Shown piece by piece: positions 24,250 to 35,872 of a stretch of DNA of 64,000 nucleotides. The stretch comes from Raja brachyura (lineage: Eukaryota): NCBI GenBank assembly GCA_963514005.1, contig OY740783.1, positions 56,048,001 through 56,112,000 on the forward strand, read 5' to 3'. The translations under genes and the position numbers were made by a program. Under the pieces are notes generated by a model. That model saw only the letters and a list, made by a program, of their open reading frames with translations, had not been told where the DNA came from and searched no databases. How positions within the stretch are numbered: position 1 is the first letter of the stretch; each line of letters starts with the position of its first letter.

Positions 24250-25148
24250 TATATACTTATTAAAACTCTGATCTTGTTAGTGTGTGTGTATATATGGTTG
24301 TCTTTACATCTTCACGAAAAAACTATGCGGTAACGATAACATTTTTACATATTCCGGTTGACATTTTTCCCGTCGAGGCCGGGATCACCTTATCTGAAGA
24401 TTTCATGCTTTATTTCTCAACTTATTACTGATTAAAGTTTAAAAACATCAAAAGACTTTTAAATTAAAAACAACAGCTTCAAATGATGTCACAATGGCTC
24501 GGCAAGCAGAGACCAGCATGAATGAAGATTTCATCCTATATTTGACACATACGCGATTTAAAAAGGCACTAGATTTTTACATATTCTGATTCACATTTTT
24601 ACCCTTGAGGCTCAGATCACTTTCACTGAACATTTATGCTTTATGTCTCAACTTATTACTGATTAAAGTTTTTTTTAAATCAAGCCTCAATGAGGATTTC
24701 ATTCTATATTTGACACGTTATTCATGATCAAAGTTTTTAAAATGCCAACTTTTACAAAATGATTACATATTCTGATTCACATTTTTCCCATCTAGGCAGA
24801 GAGTACTTTCACTAAACACTTTATGCTTTATTTCTCGCTGATTAATGACCTTGAATTTCAAACCGACCAGCTTCAAATGATGAAGTCTTTGAATTTTAGA
24901 CCGACCAGCAACAAATGGTGTCACAATAGCTCGACTAGAAGGGGGAGGGCAAATTGCTATAGCAACATGCAGGGCAAGTGGAAATGGATTTTTTTTTTTT
25001 AAGATCACTGCTGAGGAGGGCAAGGAGAGTGTTGGAATCTTATGTTCGGGGACGGTTTGAGTTGGAGGACCACGCCTCCCGTGAGGGCTACGGGTAGGGA
25101 ACGGGTGCGTTCGGGGAGCAGACCCAACGGGTCTTCAGTTGGTCTTGT
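24250..25148 (+). mobile_element. Putative non-autonomous Helitron with internal tandem repeats
   Basis: AT-rich 5' end (tatacttattaaaactct) and three ~190-230 bp related units. Subterminal hairpin AGACCC-aac-GGGTCT (25120-25134) is followed by CTTGT, one mismatch from the CTAG/T terminus. Confidence 0.6.
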
Positions 25149-25850
25149 GCTATTTAAAAATGGTGATGCCTCAATATCTAGGTGGTTTACTTTTTTTAAG
25201 GATGGCTAATTTAAACAGTAGGATTAATATTAGGTCAGTTTATGGATGTCACTAATGAACCATTACACCAATGAACCATGCACCCCATCTCACCAAAACT
25301 TCCATGTTTAAATGTATACATTTTATTTCAGATGTTTATCAGAATTCCTCCATTATATTGGCATGCATTAACTACTAATATTATTAATGTGAATTATCTG
25401 GTTTCTACTTGTCAGTATGATTAGGGATTCAGAATGTTAGGATCTTCAGAGACCTATTTGACACCAAATTGATCAACTTTTTTTTAAAACATAGGCACCA
25501 TTTTTTTAAGATTGTATTTTCTGACTTGTCAAGACATTTTCATGTGGAGTGCCACTGACAAATTTCAGGCAGAGAACTAGTTAGTGAGTTAAGAATTCTT
25601 GAATTTGCACGCAAGTGTTGAATTTGTATAAAAGACTGATGTAGAACTGCTGCCTTTTCCTGGGAATATCCAGTGGTTAATTTTCTGTCCAAGCATTTGT
25701 CTGTTATATATTAAGAAGCAAGATGTGTCCAAAAGGGAAAATGGAAAAAGAGGATGTCGCTAGGATGAGATGACATGGGTGGAGCAGAAACACCGGCACA
25801 GAACAGTAGTGATGTACACTGGAAGTTCTACACATTTATCCTTGGGGTGG

Positions 25851-25945
25851 TAGACACAAAATGCTGGAGTAACTCAGGGGACCAGGCAGCATCTCTGGAG
25901 AGAAGGAATGGGTGACGTTTCAAGTCGAGGCCCTTCTTCAGACCC
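25851..25945 (-). ncRNA. Penelope terminal unit with a minimal type I hammerhead-ribozyme-like motif (25910-25945)
   Basis: The minus strand reads GGGT-CTGAAGA-A-GGGCCTCGACTT-GAAAC-GTC-ACCC: conserved CUGANGA and GAAA core, GUC triplet, GGGU/ACCC stem I, weak stem II. Activity is not shown. Confidence 0.6.
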
Positions 25946-26249
25946 TTTTATCCTGGGAAGTTCTTTGCTGTGAATTCTGTGCATAAAAATTGGTCAGTCC
26001 AGCAGATAAAGTGCCAAAGAGCAATCAAATATTTTCTTTAAGATGAAGTCATTCCTGCCTTAGGAAAATAAGATAATCTGAGTTGGGTCCGTCCAAAATA
26101 TCATGTTTAACCTTGGGTAGCAGTAAATGCATCTTTGAAGAAATTATAGCCAATGGATGAAAACCACATTTGGTTGAAATAGTAATCTGTTTTTCAATTT
26201 TTATCTTTTACAGCAAATGGCACTCTAGAAAGTCATATTTACACCTGCT

Positions 26250-26416
26250 CAGGCCCTCTCATAGATGAACTGAGGCCCATGCCAAGTTCAATTTTAGAGG
26301 CCTCCCAAACCAAGATCAAGCAGAGGCCCCCAAATCAAGATCCCTTTGAAACAGACAGGCATGAGGCCCATGCCAAATGGCACTCGTTGCCCCCCACCCC
26401 CCTCTGATAGGGCCTG
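26250..26416. mobile_element. hAT-type MITE
   Basis: TIRs CAGGCCCTCTCA and TGATAGGGCCTG, 8-bp flanks cacctgct and cttctgct (6/8 match), and internal GAGGCCC subterminal repeats. Confidence 0.75.
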
Positions 26417-27084
26417 CTTCTGCTCTGTTTGGCAAATCTCGCCTGTTTTTATTAAGCAATCAAGCATTGAAATGATTATGGGAAATATACTTTATCTGAT
26501 GGTGAGAGGAAAACCATGCATGCCTATTTTGTTTCTGTTTAGTTCTGTGACCTAGTTTTATTGTAATTTGGAAACTAATGTTCCAGAAAACATTTGTAAT
26601 AATTGCCACCCCAAGATTAGCATTCTGAACAATTTCCTCTTTGGAAATAATACTTTAAGTCCTTCATCCATTCAGTTAAATATTATCTAACTTTTGGCAT
26701 TCTTGCGAAAGGCTACTGGCTGCAATTGACAGTCGTTCTCAAATGCATAATTCGTGAGATTTGTTGTAACTTTGGAGTTCAAGGAATCTGTGTGCTTTCC
26801 TTATGTTGACTTCATTAATTTGTTTTTCCAACTTAAGATTTATGTGAATTTGTTTTTTTATTCACTCATCACTAACACTTTTTATGACAACAGAAATTGT
26901 AGTAAATGTCTGAGTTTTTATAATTGTTGGAGTTGTTGCTTGGCACCTTTTGAACAGCTAATGCTGTGTCTGGTATGACTCGACAAAGCTAAATGTTATT
27001 CAGCAGGTCTTGTTAAATGTTGGTTTGATCTGCCTCTGTGAGGAATTGCAAATAGTTTATGTAATTAAATCTCCCAGCTTTGAT

Positions 27085-28250
27085 CTCTCCACTCCACTCT
27101 GGACCATTTGGACAACAAAAACTCGTATGTCAGGCTGTTGTTCATAGACCACAGCTCGGTGTTTAATACCATCATCCCCTCCAAGCTGGTTACCAAGCTT
27201 ATGGATCTCGGTCTCTGCGCATCCTTCTGCAATTGGATCCTTGACTTCCTCGTCCACAGACGTTCATATTGGTGGAAATGTCACCCTCGATAACAATCAG
27301 TGCGGGAGCACCTCAAGGCGTGCGTGCTGAGCCCCTGCTGTACTCGCTCTATACTCATGACTGTGTAGTGCGAACTCTATCAAGTTCGCCGACGACACCA
27401 CTGTTGTTGGACGAATCGCAGATGGTGATGAGTCAGTCTAGAAGTGCGATTCACTGATTGACCAAATGGTGCCAGCACAATAACCTGGCTCCCAACACCA
27501 GCAAAACCAAGGAACTGTTTATGGGCTTTTTGGGTCCCTAGCCTATCCCTTCCAATCTCGTTTAAATCAACAGGATGATGGTGGAAAGGATCAAAAACTT
27601 CAAATTCCTGGGCGTGCATATTTCCGAAGATCTTTACTGGTCCCAGCACACTGATGAAATTATAAAGAAAATGCCTCTACTTCCTGAGAAGATTGCGGAG
27701 AGTATGTCAAGGAGGACTCTCTTGAACTTCTACAGGTGCACAGTAGAGAGCATACTGACAGGCTGCATCGTGGCCTGATACAGCAGCTTGAATGTCCAGG
27801 AGCAGAAAAGAATGCAGGAAGTTGTGACCACTGCCCAGTCCATCACTGCTCTGACCTACCCATCATCGAAGGGATCTATCGCAGTGGCTGCCCCGAAAAG
27901 GCTGCAAACATCATCAAAGACCCACACCATCCTGGCCGCACACTTATTTCTCCGTTGCCATTGGGAAGAAGGTACCTAGACATCCAGGCCTGAAATCCGT
28001 AACATCCATATTCAGGAACAGCTTCTTCCCCACAGCCATCAGGCTATTAAACACGGCATCAAATAAGCTCTGAACAATAACAGTCTATTATCACTATTGC
28101 ACTTTATCTGTTTATTTATTGTGTGTGTACATGGTCTATGGTCTATAGACACACTGAACTTTATCTTCCATTCTGTATTATGTTTACATACTCTGTTGTG
28201 CTATCTGGGACACATGACAATAAAACTCTCTTGACTTGACTCTTGACTTG
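27085..28250 (+). mobile_element. Rex1/Babar LINE, 5'-truncated, frameshifted RT
   Basis: [60 protein letters not shown], and the tail (CTTGA)n. Confidence 0.93.
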
Positions 28251-28954
28251 ATCTTTGGAGTAAAAGTCACTGAAGCAGCAGTAGATAGTTGGGCCAAGGG
28301 CACCAACCTGACAAACACTGCCAACTGGTGAAATGACTTGACCTCCAAAAATTGCATTCTATTAACATTGGATACGATATGATGTCAGCTGCTCTAGAGT
28401 TTCCCAGATGAACTTCCATTTTATCTGTGGTGCATGAAGCCACGCTTAGTTAAATGTTAAGCTGTATTAGTCTTTATCTCAGGTCCATGTTTGGACCACC
28501 TTTATTTTCCATGTTTCCACCAATGCTGTATGGAGCAGAACCAAAATTGACTATTGGTGAATGGGTGAATGTGTGAACTTAATAGTATTTTGTTCATTAG
28601 TGAGAATGATTTTGGGAGATGGGGCAATAATTGACCAGATTGGATTCTTCCTACATTTTCTGTATAGAGTGTTGGCATGTTGTAAATGTAATGGAACAGC
28701 GTGCCTAAAGAATCTGCAATAAAGCCATGATGTTGTTGTGTCCATAGCCTTTAGTGTTTCCAGGGCACACAGCTGTAATATCTTTGTGCTAGGGAGAAAA
28801 TTGGCAAGTAGAATAAATGTTTAAAGTCAAAGTTTCTATGTTTTCTTTATTTAAAATAATATTGCCCGATGGGTTGATTTCAAAATGTGAAAGATATTGA
28901 GATGTTCGTGTTAGTTACTGGACAATGTAATACTTTCAACAAATTAACCATAAA

Positions 28955-29572
28955 GGTTCACTTGCGCCTCCTCCAACCTCATCTACTGTACTGTTGTTCA
29001 AGATGTGGACTGTTATACATCGGCAAGACCAAACGTAGACTGGGCAATCATTTCGTTGAACACCTTTGCTCAGTCCGCCTGGACCTACCTGATCTTCTGG
29101 TTACCAAATGCTTTAATTCCCATTCCCACTCTGACCTTTCTGTCCTAGTCCACCTCCGTTGTCAGAGTGAGTCTAAACGCAAATTGGAGGAACAGCATCT
29201 TATATTTCGCTTGGGCAGTTTACAGCCTAGTGGTATGAGAATTGATTTATTTAACTTCAAGTAACCCCTGCAGGCCCTCTCTCGCCATCCCTCCCCCACG
29301 CAAGTTATACCAGCTTCAAAGTTGTCTTGAGTCTCATTGTCTGTACACGTTCTCACCTAACATGCGTCTAACGATGGCCTGGTTCCTTTCATCTTTACTT
29401 TTTTTGCATATTTTCATTCATTTGCTTGGTCTCTGTACGTTGTCTATATCTCTTGTTTCTCTGTCCCCTGACTCTGAGTATGGAGAAGGGTCATGACCCG
29501 AAATGTCACCTATTCCTTTTCTCCAGAGATGTTGTCGGACCCGTTGAATCACTCCCGCATTTTTGTGTCTAT
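28955..29572 (+). mobile_element. Penelope-like element 3' fragment (GIY-YIG domain plus terminal unit)
   Basis: YCCSRCGLLYIGKTKRRLGNHFVEHL...RKLEEQHLIFRLGSLQPSGM, then the terminal unit at 29480-29572. Confidence 0.92.
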
Positions 29573-31221
29573 TAACCATATGAAATTTGGTTTTACACTC
29601 CTTTATACTGATTAACAACCGCACCTCTCTTGGAGCTGTTAATCGCAATTTGGATGCTCCAATCCTGGCAGCTCCAGCTAGGAACCTGTGCTGTGACTGA
29701 GCATGTGGCAGGCAGGACCTTATCAACCTAATCATTTTACGCTTAAAATATTTACATCATAAATTTGCAGATAAATACATTCATGAAGGCAAAGTTAAAA
29801 ATGCGTAAAGAAAGTTCCCAAAGAAAAGTGTCCAGTTTGATTAGATATATCTGTGGAGCAGGATGAGAAGGGAGTGCAACAGTATGCAAACAGATGCACA
29901 TTTGGCTTCTATTCTCCCCATTTCCACTCAAATAGTGATCTACAGCTCAATCTTTGTTAAAGCTGTATTAACGTCTGGGAATTTTCAGACAACCGTTTGT
30001 GAAGAACCATCATGATACCAATGACATGGTTTGCTGGACCAATAACACATGCCAACATAGAATCCATTTTCAAGTGCACCCTGCTCTGCTCTCTTTTGTC
30101 CCTCTCCTTCAAATAAACGCCTGAATCTGTCCAGGAAGAGTCTAGGCTCTCTGGTGTGTTGTCAAAAGAATCCTTGCAATCCCCTGTCATAAATTTAATT
30201 TTGAATATTAACAGAGATCCCTTCTACCGATATCGTGTGCAGAGAACGCGGACATTTCTGCCTGGGGTGCACTTTTGCAGGGGAAATGGTATATTGAAAA
30301 CTTGCATTGAGTTTGGCTGTGATTCCTTCCTGCACGATTGTTTGGCAACGCTTGCTGCGAAGATAAGGAAATGTTCAACTGGAAGAATTGCTGGATGGTA
30401 CTGAAATTAAATTCTCTTTTGGAAAATTTCTTTTCAAGAACAGAGTTATTGTCATTGTTTGCTTTGGAAAATCCCACATGCTCAAAGTGGGAAATGACAG
30501 GATTAAATTTGCTGTCAAAGTTTTCAACTTTTGAACACTAACTGATCTGTTTTGTAACTTGAATCTAGAGCAAATATTTATCGTGGATTTGACCACCTCT
30601 CTGTGTTTACCTTATTCCACAGCAGTCAGTCTACACACAAACAGAAGCAGCACTGTCAACCCTCGCTAAATCCAGATACTAGTGTCCAATTTTGTTTTGG
30701 TCTGATCACCTAAATGTTTTAGCTGCCGCACTGATGCTGGTTGGGAGATGTTGCTGATTAACAAAAACTTCAAAATAATAATCGGTGGAAAAAGTCAGAG
30801 TTTGTCAAATAATAAAAGGAATCAATTTGCTCTGAATTGATTTTGATTTAACCATGTGCCAGAGGCTCAAAGGTGCAAGACCCTTTACAAAGATTTGAAC
30901 AGCTACTCTAGGCTGAGCCCCCCCCCCCCCCCCCCATTTGATTAAATGATTATGGACACTATTTCGGGAAGCAACAGTGATCTCTGGTATTTTGGTTAAT
31001 GTTTAATCCTGCAATAATACGGACACAATTTTGATCTTGCTGTTATTCATGGGATCTTTGTGCAATTGGCTACTTTATTTTCTGCTTTGATTGACGTGTG
31101 CTTGAATAGGGAAGATTTAAGGAGTTGAACAAATTGATGTCTTTCAGATCGGAAAATTGAGTAATCACCCAGAAACAACTTCTTGGAGAGGTCCAGAATA
31201 TGGGGCCTGACAACATTTGGA

Positions 31222-32120
31222 TTTGCACTATTAAGATAGGTGGTGTTGTGGATAATGAAGTAGATTTTCAAAGTCTACAGAGAGATTTATGCCATTTGAA
31301 AGAGTGGGCTGAAAGATGGCAGATGGAGTTTAATGTTGATAAGTGTGAGGTGATACATCTTGGCAGGACAAATCAAAACAGGGACATACATGGTAAATGG
31401 TAGCAGTTGAACAGAGGGATCTAGGAATAACTCTGCATAGTTTCCTGAAGGTGGAATCTCATGTAGGTAGGGTGGTAAAGAAATCTTTTGGTGTGCTGGC
31501 CTTTATAAATCAGAGCATTGAATATAGAAGTTGGGATGTAATGTTGAAATTGTGCAAGGCATTGGTAAGGCCAATTCTGGAGTCTGGTGTACAATTGTGG
31601 TCGCCAATTTATAGGAAAGATGTCAACAAAATAGAGAGAGTACAGAGAAGATTTACTAGAATGTTGTCTGGTTTCAGCAACTAAGTTACAGAGAAAGGTT
31701 GAACAGGTTAGGTCTTTATTCTTTGGAGCGCAGAAGGTTAAGGGGGACTTGATAGAGGTCTTTAAAATGATGAGGGGGATAGACAGAGTTGATGTGGATA
31801 AGCTTTTTCCATTGAGAGTAGGGAAGATTCAAACAAGAGAACATGATTTGAGAATGAAGGGACAGAAGTTTAGGGGTAACATGAGGGGGAACTACTTTAC
31901 TCAGAGTTGTAGCTGTGTGGAATGAGCTTCCAGTGGAAGTGGTGGAGGCAGGTTCGATTTTATCATTTAAAAATAAATTGGATAGGTATATGGACGGGAA
32001 AGGAATTGAGGGTTATGGTTTGAGTGCAGGTAGATGGGACTAGGGGAGAATAAGTGTTCGGCACGGACTAGAAGGGGCAAGATGGCCTGTTTCAGTGCTG
32101 TAATTAGTATATGATTATAT
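31222..32120 (+). mobile_element. CR1 3' fragment (~900 bp, RT C-terminus)
   Basis: LQRDL..L.EWAERWQMEFNVDKCEVIHLG, LVRPILE...WSP...IERVQRRFTRM, and a 3' tail. Confidence 0.92.
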
Positions 32121-32199
32121 TTGAGCACTAGGTCGGAAAGCATTTATTTACCACCTCCTTTAAAGGATACAGAGAGATTAACTGGGAATTTGCTTTTAG

Positions 32200-32530
32200 A
32201 TTGCAGTCTTGAATTATAAGGAGAGGCTGGGGCATTTTTTCTTTGGTGTGTAGGAGGCTGAGGAGTGACTTTATAGGATACAAATTCAGGAGGGGCATGG
32301 GTAAAGTGAATGCTTGCAGTCTTTCTAGGTAGAGGATTCTAAAACTAGAGGGCAAAGGCTTAAGGTGAGAGGGAAGACATTTAATAGAAAAATCGGGGGC
32401 ATGCTTTTCACACAAGGGTAGTCCGTATCTGAAGTCAAGGAAGCCGATACAATTATGAATTTAAGATGACACTAGGACAGATATATGGATAATAATGGGT
32501 TTGGAGGGCTATGGTCCATATGCCACTTCA
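32200..32530 (+). mobile_element. Degraded CR1 3' fragment
   Basis: aggaggctgaggagtgactttatagga...aaaactagagggc. A similar piece lies at about 33090-33320. Confidence 0.7.
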
Positions 32531-33395
32531 TTAGCGTGAACATTTTGTTCCCATGCTGTCTAGTACCGACTCCGTGATTCTAACCTCTTTAGTCTTTGCA
32601 CTTCCAGTTCCTGCATCTCCAAAATACACAGGTGTGCAGATTTGTGGGGGGGGGGGGAGAGAAAGCGGGAAGCAGCTGTGTTTAATTTTTTTTTAAGTTC
32701 GAAACAAACATGGATAAAGTAGCATGAGTTACGTTACCGGATTTGTATCTAGAAACCTAGAATTTTGTTCTGGAAACTTCAATTTCACCACCGCAGCCAT
32801 GGAATTCAAAATTCAAGTAATGAAATAAATCTGGAATAAAATGTTGGTGTGGTAAATGACGACCATAGTCTGCTAATGACTCAAAGTATGCTAAAAGTTG
32901 TGGATCTGCTATCGCTGATGACTATTGTGGATGACTCTCAACTGCTTTTTGAAATGGCAATTTCGTGTCCCATGAAAGATATGTACAAAAGAAACATACG
33001 TTTCTGTTATTCATATGTAAGGAATACTGAGATACAGGAGAAATGTAGGGTCAGTGTAAATGCAATGAATTGTACCCAGAGCAGCAGAATCAAGAGCAAG
33101 AGGACATGGGTTTAATAGGAACCCGAGGGGCAACTTTTACCTCACACAGGATGGTGGGTATATGGAACAAGATGTCAGAGGAAGAAGTTGAGGCAAGTAC
33201 TATAACATCGTTTAAAATACATTTTAGATGGGTACATGGATATGAAGCATCAGGAAAGATTTGGGACTAGTGTAGATGTGGCATTGTGCCTGCGTGGGCA
33301 AGTTGGACTGATCTGCCTGACTGACTACAGGTGGATGAGTTGACCAGTCCAGCTGTGATCTACGTGAATGGCTGTATATGTTTGAGGTGCTGAAT

Positions 33396-33620
33396 GGGGC
33401 AGTCGCGGTGGCACAGCGGCAGAGTTGCTGCCTTACAGCAAAAATGCAGCACCAGAGACCCAGGTTCGATCCCTACTATGGGTGCTGTCTGTATGGAGTT
33501 TGTACGTTCTCCTCGTGATCTGCATGGGTTTTCGCCGAGATCTTCGGTTTCCTCCCACACTCCAAAGACGTACAGGTTTGTAGATTAATTGGCTTCATAA
33601 AAATGTAAAATTGTCCAAGT
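33396..33620 (+). mobile_element. tRNA-derived V-SINE (HE1-like)
   Basis: A-box ggtggcacagcggcagag, B-box ggttcgatccc, and V-domain ggagtttgtacgttctcc...cggtttcctcccacactccaaagac. Confidence 0.9.
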
Positions 33621-34279
33621 TGGCGATATGCTACGAGTACTGCCCTGCTGACTACAAAATTCAGAAGGATTGACATTCCCATTCTCAGTCCTGCTGAAAT
33701 AGACAGGACTTCCAAATTGGTTGGCTCTGTTCTTTGGAAGGTCCTTGACGGCATAAGCGCCAGAATGTCAGTTTGCTTAAAAATCTCCAGTTTATAAACT
33801 GCATGATCATCTTGTTCTCTTCCAGCCAAAGTCATCTATTTTTAGTATGTGCTACCATGTTTCAGCTAGTCATTTTGAAACCAGTTTTGAGCCTAAGGGC
33901 ATTGTGAAAGGGTTTGAATTCATTATAAGCTCAGCTGCTAACCTGGCACCACCAATTCTAAACTTTGTATCCACGCAAACCAATAAAGACCATCTTAAGC
34001 TTGAGTTACTGTCATCTGTTCACCGTGGGAGAATTATGAGAGGAATTAATTTGTATTTGAGAGGCAGCTGTCAAATAGTGTCAGTTATTATTGATTGTCT
34101 GCTATAACCGAGTATTGCATTATCATTGTATATAATTGAAATAAGGAACTGCAGATGGTTAATATTCAAAAGAACACAAGTAACTCAGCGGATCAGGGAA
34201 CATCTTTGGAGAACATGGATAGGTAACGTTGAACCATTCAGTCAGCTGAGTTACTCCAGCACTTTGTGTCTTTTCACCT

Positions 34280-34929
34280 TAAAAGTAAACGGCAATGCAG
34301 CTGGCCTGCACCAGGGAGCTGTTCTTCACCCACTGCAGAGTCTAGTTGAAGTGGTTGTTGTTGCGGCTCACGTTGTCTCCCCTGGGGACAGCGCTTGCTT
34401 CAGGCCGCACACCAACAGGATGGGCTCTGTCACCGTAGGGCACCGCTCCCTCCCACCAGATGCCGCTGCTTCCTTTGCTTTTCCGTTTCCTACTCCATTG
34501 CTGCCGCCACCACCACCTCCCCTGCTGTCACCGACATCTTCCAAGGTGGAGTATGTCAGCGAATCTGGGGGAGGAGGAAGAGACAACGATGGAGGGGTAG
34601 GGTTAGGGGAGAAGCCAACTAGATGGAGTGACGGAAGGAGAAGGACGTGGGACGGACAAACTGAAGGAAGAAATAGCAGTTGGTGAAGGGGAGGGAAGCC
34701 GCATCGTTTTCGAGCGTACCTTCTCAGTGGCAGCGACCTCAGGAAAGCACTGTCCCCAGGGGCTATAACGTGAGCTGCAACAACAGTCGCCATGTGGTGG
34801 GTGAAGAAGTGTTAGAAGCTGGGGCTGTAAGCGGAGGGGAGGTGGTGAGAGCTCGAGGTGGCATCAGCAGGTCTGTCCACTATAACTGAAATCCGTTATA
34901 AAGATGTCCATTAAAATCAGGGTTTACTC
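34280..34929. mobile_element. GC-rich insert with an internal inverted repeat and a pogo/Tigger-like right terminus
   Basis: The right end gtccactataac...ccgttataa...gggtttactc-ta resembles a Tigger-type TIR plus TA. The inverted arms are about 34321-34404 and 34737-34819. The left TIR is unclear. Confidence 0.5.
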
Positions 34930-35758
34930 TATTTTGCATGGGATTTCTTACAAACCAATCCAAAAGTGATAAATTGTCATATTGTAGTCATGTGGCACAG
35001 TTGGGAAGGCTGAGGCTGAAGACATTTTTTGAGGTTAACATCTACCAAAGGAAAATATTTTACTAGACATTTAATGTCCTTGTTTGGTAGAGGTTTGTAT
35101 TTTAAAATAGGAATATTTAATTTGAGTAATTTATTTGTGCTGAGAACATGGTTCTGCATATTCAAAATCTATCATTCAATACTACCTAAAGTTCATAATT
35201 AAGAGTTATTAAAAATTTTACTGAGGTGAAAAATATTGCTTATTACAAATGCAATTTAAAGACAACCTGCTTATTTGTTTTCACTAATTCATCCATTACC
35301 AAAAAAAATCTATAATATGGAAGCTCCAAGTTGCCCGATTTATTATGGTTAAAGCATAAAGTTGTGACTTCCTGAAATTGGAATTGAGTTTAAGTCCAAT
35401 TGTAAAGTCTATCTAAGGCATATTTACAAACACTAATACTGTGGTAGATTTCACTTGGGGGTTACTGATCAAGTTTGCTCGACAGTGTATCTGAATAGTT
35501 TGCTCATGGAGTTTTTGCACTTATTTTTCCCCTGTTGCACTTGCTTCATTTCAGCAGCAATATCAAATAATGCAGTTCCGTATTACTGCATGGAAAGGTT
35601 TGGCCTGGGTTGGGGTTTTAAGTACAGACAGTCTTGGACTCTCAACCTTGGGATTGCTCCCACTGACCTCGATAGTATTAACCTTGCCTGATGGCAAAAT
35701 TCATTCTCTTTACCTTAATAATGGCTTACCTTTCCTTTATGATGTGTTTTGTTGGCAG

Positions 35759-35872
35759 GTGGAATGGATACAGCAACAGGTAGTAAAAAGGAGGATAAAG
35801 AGAGATTTTAAAGCTGGTGCTTCCCAGTATCCTTACTTCAATGATCCTAAATGGCCAAGCATGTGGTACATA
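35759..35872 (+). CDS. PCSK5: PCSK5 coding exon (end of prodomain, autocleavage site; exon 3 by analogy), 114 bp, phase 0-0
   Basis: Acceptor ttttgttggcag|GTG and donor ATA|gtaagt. Translates VEWIQQQVVKRRIKRDFKAGASQYPYFNDPKWPSMWYI, with the R-X-K-R|D site and the PC5-type FNDPKWPSMWY motif. Confidence 0.97.

Noticed and set aside
24341-24930. CRISPR-like or satellite array
   Set aside because: Eukaryotic context, long irregular degenerate units, and no repeat-spacer periodicity.
26346-26555. ORF containing NGTRC, resembling the convertase catalytic-His motif HGTRC
   Set aside because: It lies upstream of exon 3 (wrong order), lacks the His and the following AGEV, and sits inside a hAT MITE. 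Coincidence.
30918-30935. Poly-C and poly-G runs (also about 59748-59764 and 32646-32657) as functional G-quadruplex elements
   Set aside because: Isolated homopolymers with no supporting context, and their lengths are prone to sequencing error.
33396-33475. tRNA gene
   Set aside because: The A and B boxes run directly into the SINE V-domain with no complete cloverleaf or terminator. The same holds for the copies at 11248, 51790 and 60090.
34126-34793. 186-aa (+) and 141-aa (-) Pro/Gly-rich ORFs as a gene or retrocopy
   Set aside because: Low-complexity GC-rich sequence with no recognisable domain or poly(A). The shared VVAAHV..PGDSA peptide on both strands just reflects the inverted repeat.
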